From assembly GCA_050178035.1 (NCBI GenBank), contig JBFXGK010000004.1, positions 3,009-67,008 of the forward strand: DNA of 64,000 nucleotides, given 5' to 3'. Of the stretch, positions 1 through 8,920 are shown piece after piece. This DNA is from Kiritimatiellia bacterium (GTDB lineage: Bacteria > Verrucomicrobiota > Kiritimatiellia > JAKQHR01). Positions within the stretch are counted from its first letter, which is position 1. Each line of letters starts with the position of its first letter. The notes under the pieces were generated by a model, which saw nothing but the letters and a program-made list of their open reading frames with translations, was not told the origin of the DNA and ran no database searches. The position numbers and the translations under genes were made by a program.

Positions 1-1571
1 CGTCCACCCTCCCGCTCAACGTCATCCTGTCCATCGCCGCGCTGCTCCCTCTCTGCACAGTTTTCATGGGCATCGGGAATTTTTTCAGCAAGTATCTCGT
101 GGAATGGGTCGGAAACCGCGTCGTGATGGATCTGCGCACGCAGACCTTCGCGCACATCCACGACCTTAGCCTGCTTTATTTTACGCGCAGCCGAACCGGA
201 GAGCTGATTTCGCGTACCGCCAACGACAGCGCCCTTGTGGAACGCGCAGTATCCACCGTGCTGGGCGATCTGGTCCGCGAACCCTTTGTGCTGGCCTCCG
301 CGGTCGGCTATCTCTTCTGGCTCGACTGGCATCTTTGCCTCGTCAGCCTTCTGGTTTTCCCCCTCTGCATAATACCCGTGGCCATCTTCGGGCGCCGCGT
401 CCGCAAGTCCTCGCGCGAAGGCCAGGAAAAACTGGCGGACATCGTTTCCATCCTTCAGGAAACCATCACCGGCGTTCGCGTGGTGAAGGCCTTCGGCATG
501 GAGGACTATGAGAAGGCCCGTTTCAACCAGCGAAGCCGCTCCGTCTTCTCCCGCCTGATGCGCGTCACCAAGGCCAAGGCTTCGGTCGAGCCCATGATCG
601 TGGTCATCTCCTCGGTGGGCCTTTCCGCCGTGCTGGTCTATGCCAAGCTCGTGAACATGCCCATGGAGGAGTTCTTCACTTTTGCGGCGGCGCTGATGAT
701 GATGTATCAGCCGGTCAAGAATTTGAGCAAGATCCACCTGAACATCCAGCACAGCAGCGCCGCCGCCGACCGCATCTTTGAGGTGCTGGACACAAAGGTC
801 TCCGTTGTTGAAGCCCCCGATGCCGTCCCCTTCAAGGGACGCATCGAAACCGTCCAGTTCGATCATGTGAGCTTCAACTATGATGAACCAACCCCGATAC
901 TGTCCGACATCAGCTTCTCGGTGAAAGCCGGCGAGTGCGTGGCATTTGTCGGCAGCTCCGGTTCGGGCAAAACCACGCTGGTGAGCCTGCTCCCGCGCTT
1001 TTTCGATCCCACCGGCGGACAGATTCTTTTCAACGGTGAACCTGCGCAGAAATACACGCTGGCCTCGCTCCGCGCGCAGATGGGCATCGTGACGCAGGAA
1101 ACGATCCTCTTCAACGACACCGTGGCCAACAACATTGCCTACGGCGACCGCAACGCCCCGCGCGAAGCCATCGAGCAGGCCGCCCGCAAGGCGCACGCCC
1201 ACGATTTCATCATGGAAATGCCCGAAGGCTACGAGACCATGATTGGCGAGCGCGGCGTGCGGCTTTCCGGCGGACAGTGCCAGCGGCTCGCCATTGCGCG
1301 GGCGATGCTGCGCAATCCCCCCGTGCTGATACTGGACGAGGCCACCAGCGCGCTGGACACGGAGTCCGAGCGGCAGGTGCAGGCCGCGCTGGATGAGCTC
1401 ATGGCTCATCGCACAGTGTTCGCCATCGCCCACCGGCTCTCAACCATCGCGCACGCCGACCGCATCATCGTCCTCGACAAGGGCCGGATTGCCGAACAGG
1501 GAACGCACCAGGAACTTATCGCCCGCGGCGGAGTCTACAAATACCTCTACGATCTGCAGTTTTCCAAGTAG
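1..1571 (+). CDS. ABC transporter permease/ATP-binding protein, MsbA-like lipid exporter (5' end cut by window edge)
   Basis: Frame is open from nt 3, so the M at 66 is internal. TM-rich N-half, then Walker A GSSGSGKTT, ABC signature LSGGQCQR, Walker B ILILDEATS, H-loop AHRLST. Confidence 0.9.
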   Translation, partial: STLPLNVILSIAALLPLCTVFMGIGNFFSKYLVEWVGNRVVMDLRTQTFAHIHDLSLLYFTRSRTGELISRTANDSALVERAVSTVLGDLVREPFVLASAVGYLFWLDWHLCLVSLLVFPLCIIPVAIFGRRVRKSSREGQEKLADIVSILQETITGVRVVKAFGMEDYEKARFNQRSRSVFSRLMRVTKAKASVEPMIVVISSVGLSAVLVYAKLVNMPMEEFFTFAAALMMMYQPVKNLSKIHLNIQHSSAAADRIFEVLDTKVSVVEAPDAVPFKGRIETVQFDHVSFNYDEPTPILSDISFSVKAGECVAFVGSSGSGKTTLVSLLPRFFDPTGGQILFNGEPAQKYTLASLRAQMGIVTQETILFNDTVANNIAYGDRNAPREAIEQAARKAHAHDFIMEMPEGYETMIGERGVRLSGGQCQRLAIARAMLRNPPVLILDEATSALDTESERQVQAALDELMAHRTVFAIAHRLSTIAHADRIIVLDKGRIAEQGTHQELIARGGVYKYLYDLQFSK

Positions 1572-1574
1572 AAA

Positions 1575-2126
1575 TCATATCCCGCCGCGGTAGCGCGCAA
1601 GGATGTCGCGCACATAACGCTGGGTGCCGGGATAGGTGATGTTGTTCCAGAACTCCCGCGAGGTTTCGTGCGGCACGGCCGCCCACCGCTTTACGTTGGA
1701 ATAACCCGCATTGTAATGAGCCAGCGCATAAGGCCAAGGATCGCTGTAACGCGACCAGGTCTTGATGGCCTTTGCAAAATACCAGGTGCCCGCCCGGATG
1801 TTGAGCTCCGGATTGAAGAGCTCATGCCGCGAATATTTTTTGTCTCCGGTGGCGGATTCCCACTCGCGATGCGCCGCCTCGCGCACCTGCATCAGCCCGA
1901 TTTCCCCGTCCTGCCCCGTGCGCACGGGATCAAAATGGCTTTCCTTCCAGATAATCGCCGCAATCAGCCGGGGATCCACGTTCTGCTCGCGCCCGATTTG
2001 CACAATGAGCGAATCATAGGAATGCATCTGCCTGAGGGAAAGTGTCAGCCCAAGGCAAACTATTGTTGTGGCAAACACCACATTCCAATAGAGTACTGAC
2101 CAAGCTGTTTTGCGCGATAGCGTCAT
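1575..2126 (-). CDS. membrane-anchored lytic transglycosylase (SLT domain)
   Basis: N-terminal hydrophobic anchor. SLT motifs WKESHF, EIGLMQV, AHYNAGYSNV. Confidence 0.85.
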   Translation of the reverse strand: MTLSRKTAWSVLYWNVVFATTIVCLGLTLSLRQMHSYDSLIVQIGREQNVDPRLIAAIIWKESHFDPVRTGQDGEIGLMQVREAAHREWESATGDKKYSRHELFNPELNIRAGTWYFAKAIKTWSRYSDPWPYALAHYNAGYSNVKRWAAVPHETSREFWNNITYPGTQRYVRDILARYRGGI

Positions 2127-2166
2127 GCATAAAAGCTAATGGCTTTCGGCGGCGTTGTCCAGCCGG

Positions 2167-2826
2167 ATGGTGGTTATGGCAAATGATATTCTGAAAATAG
2201 CGGAAATTTTTTACAGCCTGCAGGGCGAATCCACCTTTGCGGGCCTGCCCTGCATTTTTGTCCGGCTCTCCGGATGCAACCTGCAGTGCGCCTGGTGCGA
2301 CACCGCCTATGCAAACGACAATCCGGCGGAAATGTCCACTGACGAAGTCATGGAGCAAATCTCCCACTGGCCCTGCAGGCTGGTCGAAATCACCGGCGGC
2401 GAGCCCCTGCTCCAGCCCGCCGTCCACGGGCTGCTGGCCGGCCTCTGCGGTCGCGGATATGAAGTTCTGCTTGAAACCTCCGGCGCAGAGGACATTTCAA
2501 ATGTTGATCCCCGCGTGCACCGGATCATGGACATCAAGTGCCCCGGATCCGGCATGAGCGCGCACAACCGCTGGAGCAACCTTCAGCATCTCACCGCGCG
2601 CGACGAGGTCAAGATGATCATCGCCGGGCGCGCAGACTATGAATGGGCCCGCGACCTGATCCGCAAGGAAAAACTGGAACAGCGCTGCCCGGTGCTGATG
2701 GCGCCCGCGTATGGACTGGTTTCCAATCCGGACCTCGCGCAATGGATTCTTGATGACCGACTGCCCGTCCGCTATCAATTGCAGCTTCACAAGTACATCT
2801 GGCCGGCCGACTGGAAAGGGGTTTGA
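2167..2826 (+). CDS. queE: 7-carboxy-7-deazaguanine synthase (radical SAM)
   Basis: EIFYSLQGES N-terminus and cluster motif CNLQCAWCDT. Start is ambiguous (TTG 2155, ATG 2167 or 2176). Followed directly by queD and queC. Confidence 0.85.
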   Translation: MVVMANDILKIAEIFYSLQGESTFAGLPCIFVRLSGCNLQCAWCDTAYANDNPAEMSTDEVMEQISHWPCRLVEITGGEPLLQPAVHGLLAGLCGRGYEVLLETSGAEDISNVDPRVHRIMDIKCPGSGMSAHNRWSNLQHLTARDEVKMIIAGRADYEWARDLIRKEKLEQRCPVLMAPAYGLVSNPDLAQWILDDRLPVRYQLQLHKYIWPADWKGV

Positions 2827-2831
2827 ACCGC

Positions 2832-3254
2832 ATGAAAATCAGCAGAGAGTTTAACTGGGAAATGGCGCACCGCCTGATGGAGCATTCCGGCGGATGCCAG
2901 AACGTGCACGGGCATTCCTACCGCATGACCGTGGACATCACCGGCGATCCCGACCCCGCGACCGGCATGGTGCTCGACTTCGCCGATGTGGCCGAACTGC
3001 TCAAGCCGCTGATTGACGAACTGGACCACGCCTTTCTGTGCGAGGCGCGCGACGCCTCGCTGATTGATTTCCTGAAAAAGGAGAACATGAAGCACAAGAT
3101 CGTGCCGTTCCGCACCACTGTGGAAAATCTCTGCATGTATGTGGCTGAAGCGCTGAAGCCGTCGCTTTCGGCCCGCACGCGCCTCACAGAATTTTCTGTA
3201 ACCATCCATGAAACCGCCCGCAACGCGGGCACCGTCACCGTGAAACTCAAATGA
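2832..3254 (+). CDS. queD: 6-carboxy-5,6,7,8-tetrahydropterin synthase (PTPS fold)
   Basis: C-x3-HGH motif CQNVHGHSY and about 140 aa size. ATG 2832 preferred over the TTG at 2823 used by the track. Context is queE-queD-queC. Confidence 0.85.
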   Translation: MKISREFNWEMAHRLMEHSGGCQNVHGHSYRMTVDITGDPDPATGMVLDFADVAELLKPLIDELDHAFLCEARDASLIDFLKKENMKHKIVPFRTTVENLCMYVAEALKPSLSARTRLTEFSVTIHETARNAGTVTVKLK

Positions 3255-3946
3255 AAAAAGATTCAGCAAAACCCATCGCCGTCGTGGCCATGAGCGGAGG
3301 GCTCGACAGCTGCGTCACCGCGGCCATCGCGGCCAGGGATTACGAACTGGCCCTGCTTCATGTGAACTACGGCCAGCGCACCGAGGCGCGCGAGCTCAAG
3401 GCTTTCAACGACATCGCCGATTTCTACGGCGTGAAAAGGCGGCTGGTTATCTCGCTCGACGCCCTGAAAGCCATCGGGCATTCGAGCCTGACCGATTTTC
3501 AGATGCCGGTGTCCGAAGCCAATCTGGAAAGCACGGAAGTTCCGGCCTCCTACGTCCCCTTCCGCAACGCGCACATGCTGGCCACCGCCGCAAGCTGGGG
3601 CGAAGTGCTGGGGGCGACCGCCATCTTCATCGGAGCGGTCGAGGAAGACTCTTCCGGCTATCCCGACTGCCGCGCATCCTTCTACCGCGCCTTTGAGGCG
3701 GCCATTGAAGAAGGCACAAAGCCGGAAACGCACATGCGCATCATCACGCCGGTCATCAACCTGAATAAAGCCGCCATCGTGAAAGAGGGCCTCAAGCTTG
3801 GCGCTCCGCTGCATCTTTCATGGTCGTGCTACCAGAGCGAGGACAAGGCCTGCGGCGTATGCGACAGCTGCGCGCTGCGCCTGCGCGGCTTCCGTCAGGC
3901 CGGCGTCGAAGACCCCATCCCCTACGCCACCCGGCCGGAATATTGA
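3251..3946 (+). CDS. queC: 7-cyano-7-deazaguanine (preQ0) synthase
   Basis: PP-loop SGGLDS. C-terminal Zn cysteine cluster [22 protein letters not shown] overlap with the queD stop. Confidence 0.9.
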   Translation: MKKDSAKPIAVVAMSGGLDSCVTAAIAARDYELALLHVNYGQRTEARELKAFNDIADFYGVKRRLVISLDALKAIGHSSLTDFQMPVSEANLESTEVPASYVPFRNAHMLATAASWGEVLGATAIFIGAVEEDSSGYPDCRASFYRAFEAAIEEGTKPETHMRIITPVINLNKAAIVKEGLKLGAPLHLSWSCYQSEDKACGVCDSCALRLRGFRQAGVEDPIPYATRPEY

Positions 3947-3963
3947 AATCTGCAAAGTCTTTC

Positions 3964-4050
3964 AAAAGTTCCAATCCCTGGAACTTTTCTCTGAAAAACT
4001 TCCAATGATTGGAACTTTTCGGCGCAGATTTTCCAATGGTTGGAACTTTT
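3964..4050. repeat. three tandem 31-bp palindromic units (A-run / TTCCAAT-n-ATTGGAA-type stem / T-run) filling the queC-queF convergent spacer
   Basis: Cores start at 3969, 4000 and 4031, an exact 31-bp period. Unit 1 is a perfect 10-bp stem AAAAGTTCCA-ATCCC-TGGAACTTTT. The same element recurs at 60229-60314. Confidence 0.9.
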
Positions 4051-4466
4051 CACTTGGGTTCCGGATGCTCGGCAATCACGCGCATGGTGATGCCGCCGCG
4101 CGCGGTGAAGTCGGTGGTGACTTTCAGTTTTTTCGGACGGCAGGCCTTCAGGATGTCGTCGCGGATCCGGTTGGTGATGGACTCGGCAAAAGATCCGTGG
4201 TTGCGGAAGGATGCGAGGTATAATTTGAGACTCTTGCTTTCGATGCATTTGCGGCCGGGAATGTACTCGATGGTGACGGTTCCGAAATCCGGCTGGCCGG
4301 TGATCGGGCAGAGCGATGTGAATTCGGACGTCTGGAAGCGAATCCAGTAATTGCTTTTGGGATAGCGGTTGTCGAAAGTCTCCAGCCGCGCCTCGTCCGG
4401 CGACTGAGGCTGCCTCGATTTGGTTCCCAGCTGCGTCAGACCCTTGATCTTTTCATTCTTTGCCAT
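4050..4466 (-). CDS. queF: NADPH-dependent 7-cyano-7-deazaguanine reductase, unimodular type
   Basis: Catalytic-Cys region SLCPITGQPDF and QueF motif ESKSLKLYL. 138 aa. Confidence 0.9.
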   Translation of the reverse strand: MAKNEKIKGLTQLGTKSRQPQSPDEARLETFDNRYPKSNYWIRFQTSEFTSLCPITGQPDFGTVTIEYIPGRKCIESKSLKLYLASFRNHGSFAESITNRIRDDILKACRPKKLKVTTDFTARGGITMRVIAEHPEPK

Positions 4467-4678
4467 TTGCCTGTCCTTTTTGTTGCGGCAGAAACTTTGA
4501 ACACTTGCCGTAAAAAGTCAACGTTGCACATCAACATCCTGCGGATGTTGAGGCTGAAGGGGTTTAGGCTGAAGGCTGTAGGGACATATCAGTCTTGTCG
4601 TCCCGATGGGATGACTATGACTATTGCACCGGGCGCATTTGCGCGTTAGAGTGCGGAAAGAATTTACCGGAGGACATT

Positions 4679-5095
4679 ATGAAGTCATACCGCAAGGAAC
4701 TGTGGTTCAGCACGACGAAGCGCCGGCAGCTGATCAACATCACGCCGGAGGTCAGGGAATGCCTCGCTGAAAGCGGAATCCGGGAAGGCCTTGCGCTGGT
4801 GAATGCGATGCATATCACCGCCAGCGTTTTCATCAATGATGACGAAGGCGGGCTTCATCAGGATTACGAAACATGGCTCGAAAAGCTGGCCCCCGAAAAA
4901 CCCTATTCCCAGTACAAGCACAACGGCTTTGAGGACAACGCCGACGCTCACCTCAAGCGCACGATCATGGGTCGCGAGGTGGTGGTGGCCGTCACTGACG
5001 GAACCCTCGATTTCGGCCCGTGGGAGCAGATATTCTATGGCGAATTCGACGGCAAGCGCCGCAAGCGCGTGCTGGTCAAGATCATCGGTGAATAA
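4679..5095 (+). CDS. YjbQ/UPF0047 family protein (secondary thiamine-phosphate synthase-like)
   Basis: 138 aa from ATG 4679 with GGAGGA Shine-Dalgarno at 4669-4674. Sequence style matches the YjbQ family ([19 protein letters not shown]). The track ORF start at 4595 is probably too far upstream. Confidence 0.75.
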   Translation: MKSYRKELWFSTTKRRQLINITPEVRECLAESGIREGLALVNAMHITASVFINDDEGGLHQDYETWLEKLAPEKPYSQYKHNGFEDNADAHLKRTIMGREVVVAVTDGTLDFGPWEQIFYGEFDGKRRKRVLVKIIGE

Positions 5096-5150
5096 TTTCT
5101 GCAATAATTCCAATTCCCGCCCGTTATACGGGCAAATGAAAGGCAAGTGA

Positions 5151-5720
5151 GTGAAGGAACAGCCGGAACTGGAGTGGCTGGAGCAGTATCGTCAGGGCGA
5201 TGTGCAAGCCCTCGGTCTGCTTGTCGAGCACTACCGCCGGCCGCTTTTCGGGTTCATTCTCAGGATGACCGAGGGACGGGGCGATCCCGAGGAGGTTTTT
5301 CAGGAAGTCTGGTTCCGGGTGATCCGGAATTTCGGAAAATACAAACCGAAAAGCTTCCTGAGCTGGCTTTTCAGGATCGCGCACAATCTGATCATTGACA
5401 GAGTGAGAAGCGCCAAGCCGATGCGAAGCCTGCAGGATGCCGATGATGACGAGATGCCGCTGGAAGAACGGCTGGCCGGGAGCGGGCACGATCCCGCAAA
5501 GCTGGCCGGAGCGTCGGATTTGGGCAAACGCATCGCCAAAGCGGTGAGCAGTTTGCCGGAGGAGCAGCGCGAGGTGTTCCTGATGAGGACGGAGGGCGAC
5601 CTGCCGTTCAAGGAGATCGCGAAGATACAGAACATCTCGATCAACACCGCGCTCGCGCGCATGCAGTATGCGCTGGCCAAACTGCGGGAAGAACTGAAGG
5701 ACGAATATAACGGGAGCTGA
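5151..5720 (+). CDS. ECF-type RNA polymerase sigma-70 family factor
   Basis: Region 2 (FQEVWFRVIRNF, WLFRIAHNLIIDRVR) and region 4 (REVFLMRTEGDLPFKEIAKIQNISINTALARM). GTG start. Confidence 0.9.
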   Translation: MKEQPELEWLEQYRQGDVQALGLLVEHYRRPLFGFILRMTEGRGDPEEVFQEVWFRVIRNFGKYKPKSFLSWLFRIAHNLIIDRVRSAKPMRSLQDADDDEMPLEERLAGSGHDPAKLAGASDLGKRIAKAVSSLPEEQREVFLMRTEGDLPFKEIAKIQNISINTALARMQYALAKLREELKDEYNGS

Positions 5721-5723
5721 GCC

Positions 5724-6224
5724 ATGAAATGCGATAAAGCCAAAAACTGGATTCTGCTGATGCAGTCGGGAGAACTGGGCGGACGGGAAACCGGCCTGCT
5801 TCGGGATCATCTCGCCGGCTGCGCTTCGTGCCGTCAGTTTCAGGGCGATTCAGCAAAGCTCTGCGCCGTAAAGGCGACCGCTTCCCCCACTCCGGATTAC
5901 ATTCTGCACGCCATCCGCCATGCGGCGGTTCAAAAGCAGTCCCTTGAAAAAGAAGAACGCGGCATTCTCATCTTCTGGCGGCCTATGGCCGCGGCCGCTG
6001 CAGCGGTGCTGCTGGCCGTGCTTTCGTGGTCGGTCATCAGCGGGCGCGGAGGGGCTCCCGTGCAACTGGCCGAACATTGGGAGAACGGCATTGATGAAAA
6101 GCTGGAAAGTCTTGAAATGCAGATCACCAGCGCTTCTTACGAACTGGAAGAATCCGGCGAATGGTACGAAGAGGACGCCGACGAACTTGCCGCCCAGCTT
6201 TTAGCGATGGAGGAATCAACATGA
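5724..6224 (+). CDS. putative zinc-finger (zf-HC2) anti-sigma factor, single TM
   Basis: N-terminal HLAGCASCRQF motif. Central TM AAAAAVLLAVLSWSVI. Lies immediately after the ECF sigma gene. Confidence 0.7.
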   Translation: MKCDKAKNWILLMQSGELGGRETGLLRDHLAGCASCRQFQGDSAKLCAVKATASPTPDYILHAIRHAAVQKQSLEKEERGILIFWRPMAAAAAAVLLAVLSWSVISGRGGAPVQLAEHWENGIDEKLESLEMQITSASYELEESGEWYEEDADELAAQLLAMEEST

Positions 6225-6916
6225 AAACGCGAATGCTTGCATTGGTGCTTCTGGCCGCGCTTTGCGGAACCGTGACAGCCCAGCCGCCCGGGCCGGGGCC
6301 CGGCATGGATTCAAATGATGCCGGCGGCCTGCCGCCGGCGGAGCGATGGATGGAGCGCATGCGACAGCATCATCCGGAAGAGTACGAACAGATGAATCAG
6401 TTGCGCAGGGGAAATCCGGCGGCCTTCCGCGGAGAACTCCGCCGCAAGGTGGATGTGAAACGTTTTGAATCCGTGATGCGGCAGTACCCCCCCATGAACC
6501 AGGCCTATCAGTCCCTGCCGCCCGACAAGCGAGCCAGTCTTGTCGAGAAACTGTACGAGCGACCCGCGCCCCCTCACGAGGGTCCCGGCTTTGACCGTGC
6601 GACGGGGCCCGAAAGCCGCCGGGGGCCCGGCACTGAGGAAGAATCCGAGATTCAGAAACTCGATGCCGAAATCATGAAACTGGGCGAACAATATAAGAAG
6701 GAAAGAGATCCCGGGCAGAAGGAGGCCATCAAAATCCGGCTGGCAGGAAAACTTGAGGAAATGGCCGACACAATGGATCATTACCGCCTGGAACGGATCG
6801 GACGCATGGAAAAGCGGCTGGAAGAACTGAATCAGAGTCTTGCGGAACGCCAGAAAAACCGTGATGAAATCTTGTCGCAGCACCTTGAACATTTGACGGG
6901 TGAAGACCTGGAATAG
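6221..6916 (+). CDS. secreted charged/coiled-coil hypothetical protein
   Basis: ATG 6221 overlaps the anti-sigma stop (ATGA). Signal peptide MKTRMLALVLLAALCGTVTAQ. The rest is Glu/Arg/Lys-rich and helical in style. Confidence 0.65.
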   Translation: MKTRMLALVLLAALCGTVTAQPPGPGPGMDSNDAGGLPPAERWMERMRQHHPEEYEQMNQLRRGNPAAFRGELRRKVDVKRFESVMRQYPPMNQAYQSLPPDKRASLVEKLYERPAPPHEGPGFDRATGPESRRGPGTEEESEIQKLDAEIMKLGEQYKKERDPGQKEAIKIRLAGKLEEMADTMDHYRLERIGRMEKRLEELNQSLAERQKNRDEILSQHLEHLTGEDLE

Positions 6917-6941
6917 CCGTTTTTTTGTCATTTTTTTGGGG
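6914..6941 (+). repeat. short two-unit T-tract repeat (TAGCCG-T7-GTCA-T7-GGGG)
   Basis: Near-identical to 8981-9006 (TAGCCG-T6-GGCAC-T4-GGGCC). Sits at the left edge of the AT-richer islet. Confidence 0.7.
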
Positions 6942-7163
6942 TTCCCGAGGGATCTCGACATTGCACATTTGATCTCGGAAATTTGCGGCGGGTGACTTCT
7001 TTATCTCGCACTTGGCTGACGACGAGGAACAAAGAGGAGACAAATGAGCAACCGCCCGATCAAATACTCAGGCCCATATGTTTAATGTTTAGACCCTCTG
7101 ACCCCTTCTCGTGCCATAGAAAATCCTGCTACAGACGTTTTTTGCCCTTGTCACGCGCCAGGC

Positions 7164-7898
7164 TTAATGGTGGTTGGAAGCGTCAGTTTGGTTGTTCTGA
7201 GGGGTGAGTATGTTTCCATCTTGGTCAAAGATCGTATTGCAGTGTCCACAGAACCAGCGCAGCCTGTCTTGCTCATCGTGACTCTGCATGAGTTCGGAGA
7301 GCTGCGCATCACCAATATCTGCAGCCAGACATCTGCTGCAATATGGCCCGAGTTTCTCCATGTTGCTATCAGAAGGGGTGAACCATGCAAAGTGACCGTC
7401 GAGGTTGGGCCTGTAGTGCACTTCAGTCATCTTGTTGACGTTCCCGCTTCGGATCGTGAGATAGATCTCGTATTGGTATCGGGCTGAGAACCCCATATGT
7501 TGATACGAGATTACTTCCCCGTAGCCGGCGCGGAGTGTTCCATCAACCCACTCGGCATGGACCTTTCCGCCAATGAACCTTGTCTGAAACAGTTCCTGAA
7601 GATTGGCGGGTTCGCCGTTCACGACACCCTTTATGCCCGTCAAGTAGAGACGACCATCTTGGATTGTCCAAACGCCTATATACCCTCGCCAGTTTCCGGA
7701 GCTTTTGAGGCCGGGCGCCAGCTCAAACAACGGGCGGGCCGACTTGTTTGTTTCATAGAGGGATTCGAGAGGTTCATCGAGCAGATAGTATGTCTTGCCG
7801 TCAAGAAGAAGGATCTCCGGTTCCTGTTCAGTTGCATTGGCAGGTGAGCAGAGCATCAAGGCGGCAAGAATCAGAACCAATGTGAGTGTTGTCTTCAT
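7164..7898 (-). CDS. secreted hypothetical protein with C-terminal CxxC...CxxC motif
   Basis: Signal peptide MKTTLTLVLILAALMLCSPANA. C-terminal CSRC-(27 aa)-CGHC. No family recognised. Visibly lower GC than the flanks. Confidence 0.6.
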   Translation of the reverse strand: MKTTLTLVLILAALMLCSPANATEQEPEILLLDGKTYYLLDEPLESLYETNKSARPLFELAPGLKSSGNWRGYIGVWTIQDGRLYLTGIKGVVNGEPANLQELFQTRFIGGKVHAEWVDGTLRAGYGEVISYQHMGFSARYQYEIYLTIRSGNVNKMTEVHYRPNLDGHFAWFTPSDSNMEKLGPYCSRCLAADIGDAQLSELMQSHDEQDRLRWFCGHCNTIFDQDGNILTPQNNQTDASNHH

Positions 7899-7924
7899 GA
7901 TCCTCTGCTTCCAACGTTAGGGGT

Positions 7925-7967
7925 GAGTCTCCAGTGTCCCCGCCGCAGGCGGGGCACTGGTAGACTC
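7925..7967. repeat. long GC-rich hairpin (about 20-bp arms, 3-nt loop)
   Basis: GAGTCTCCAGTGTCCCCGCC-GCA-GGCGGGGCACTGGTAGACTC, with two single-nt bulges. Lies between two minus-strand genes. No U-tract on either side. Confidence 0.8.
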
Positions 7968-7990
7968 CAGCCCGTGGTTCGATTTATATT

Positions 7991-8632
7991 TCATACGAGT
8001 TCCGTAAAAATTAGAAGGTTATATAGAATGTGGCAAGCGATTGGTCCCCACAGGCTTCTCTTCTTCATGAACCACCATGTTAGAGGGATGGCTAAAATGA
8101 AGGCTTCGAGCAGTTTTGCCGGACCTCGACCCCAGTGACATCCTGCAAAGATGAGACAACTCAAGAGGAGCACGGTCGCATGAGAATGAATGTGTTTTTC
8201 TAATTGTGTGGTGACGACTCCGCGATAGACGATTTCTTCAAGTATACCAGCCGTAAGAGCGGCATATATTATCGTAATTCCCCGCAATGGCTGCTCATGG
8301 GGAAAAGGATATCCAGCAAATAGTTGCCATGGGAAAGTTTGGCGCAACCATGGTCTCAGGTTCCACTCCATAAGGACGATGAATACAACGCATAATCCAA
8401 ATGCGGCCCACAGTTGCCTCCATCGCGGTTTTTCTACAAGCCCGAAGTCGGAAAGAGAAAACACCTTCTTCCGATGCAGAATCAACAAGGTGACTGACGG
8501 AATGACAAAGTAGAAGACCAGATCAAGCGTCCAAAGAAGACCGAGTTGTGAATTGTCCAGAACAGCCAGATAGAAATCATTTAGGTATAGAGGCCAAACG
8601 AGTAGAGCTATGATGGCTAAGGACTTCTTCAT
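7991..8632 (-). CDS. CPBP (CAAX/Abi) family intramembrane glutamic protease
   Basis: Polytopic. Motif 1 ILEEIVYRG and later FAGCHW and HILYN motifs characteristic of the CPBP family. Low GC. Confidence 0.8.
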   Translation of the reverse strand: MKKSLAIIALLVWPLYLNDFYLAVLDNSQLGLLWTLDLVFYFVIPSVTLLILHRKKVFSLSDFGLVEKPRWRQLWAAFGLCVVFIVLMEWNLRPWLRQTFPWQLFAGYPFPHEQPLRGITIIYAALTAGILEEIVYRGVVTTQLEKHIHSHATVLLLSCLIFAGCHWGRGPAKLLEAFILAIPLTWWFMKKRSLWGPIACHILYNLLIFTELV

Positions 8633-8920
8633 TTATCTAATCGAACATTAAATAGGCCACGCGTTGCATTTGCTGGTGCTGGTGTTTTTCATTTGCTTGG
8701 GCTGATTTTTGCTCTTTTGCGGGCGGCGGGCAAGGATGAATTCCGTATATTTCCAAGCCGTGATGATTTTCGGGTTTGACGGAACCAGATGATGGGCATT
8801 TCAGAGAGAATTCAGCAACCAGCAGTCAGAGTTCAGAATTCCGGGGAATGGTGAAAGTATGGAAGCCGCGGTCACTGCTCGCGGCAGCAGTTTATGAAAT
8901 TGCTCCAAATTTGCGTCTGG

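Noticed and set aside
66-68. The ATG at 66 as the true start of the ABC transporter.
   Set aside because: The frame is open back to the window edge, and MsbA-type proteins are about 580 aa. The gene is truncated by the window.
3964-4050. Possible CRISPR array, given regularly spaced palindromic repeats here and at 60229-60314.
   Set aside because: There are only three units. The units are contiguous with no unique spacers of CRISPR length. There are no cas genes, and one copy lies inside a CDS.
3798-4248. ORFs 3798-4223 (+), 3820-4008 (+), 3922-4248 (-), 59860-60363 (+) and 60239-60616 (-), with FQSLE / SNHWKF / PMIGTF peptides.
   Set aside because: They are translations of the 31-bp palindromic repeat in alternative frames and strands. 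They overlap well-supported genes (queC, queF, nucleotidyltransferase).
4467-4600. preQ1 riboswitch upstream of queF (minus strand).
   Set aside because: I could not find the small hairpin followed by the A-rich ACUA-type tail. Only a generic 8-bp palindrome is present. This needs a covariance-model scan to be certain.
7971-7990. GGTTCGATT motif resembling a tRNA T-loop.
   Set aside because: The flanking sequence cannot form a T-stem or acceptor stem. This is a chance match.
6950-8900. Prophage or integrative element.
   Set aside because: There are no integrase, transposase, phage or tRNA-attachment features. Only two cargo-like genes are present. It is kept as a compositional islet flanked by repeats and is not called a mobile element.
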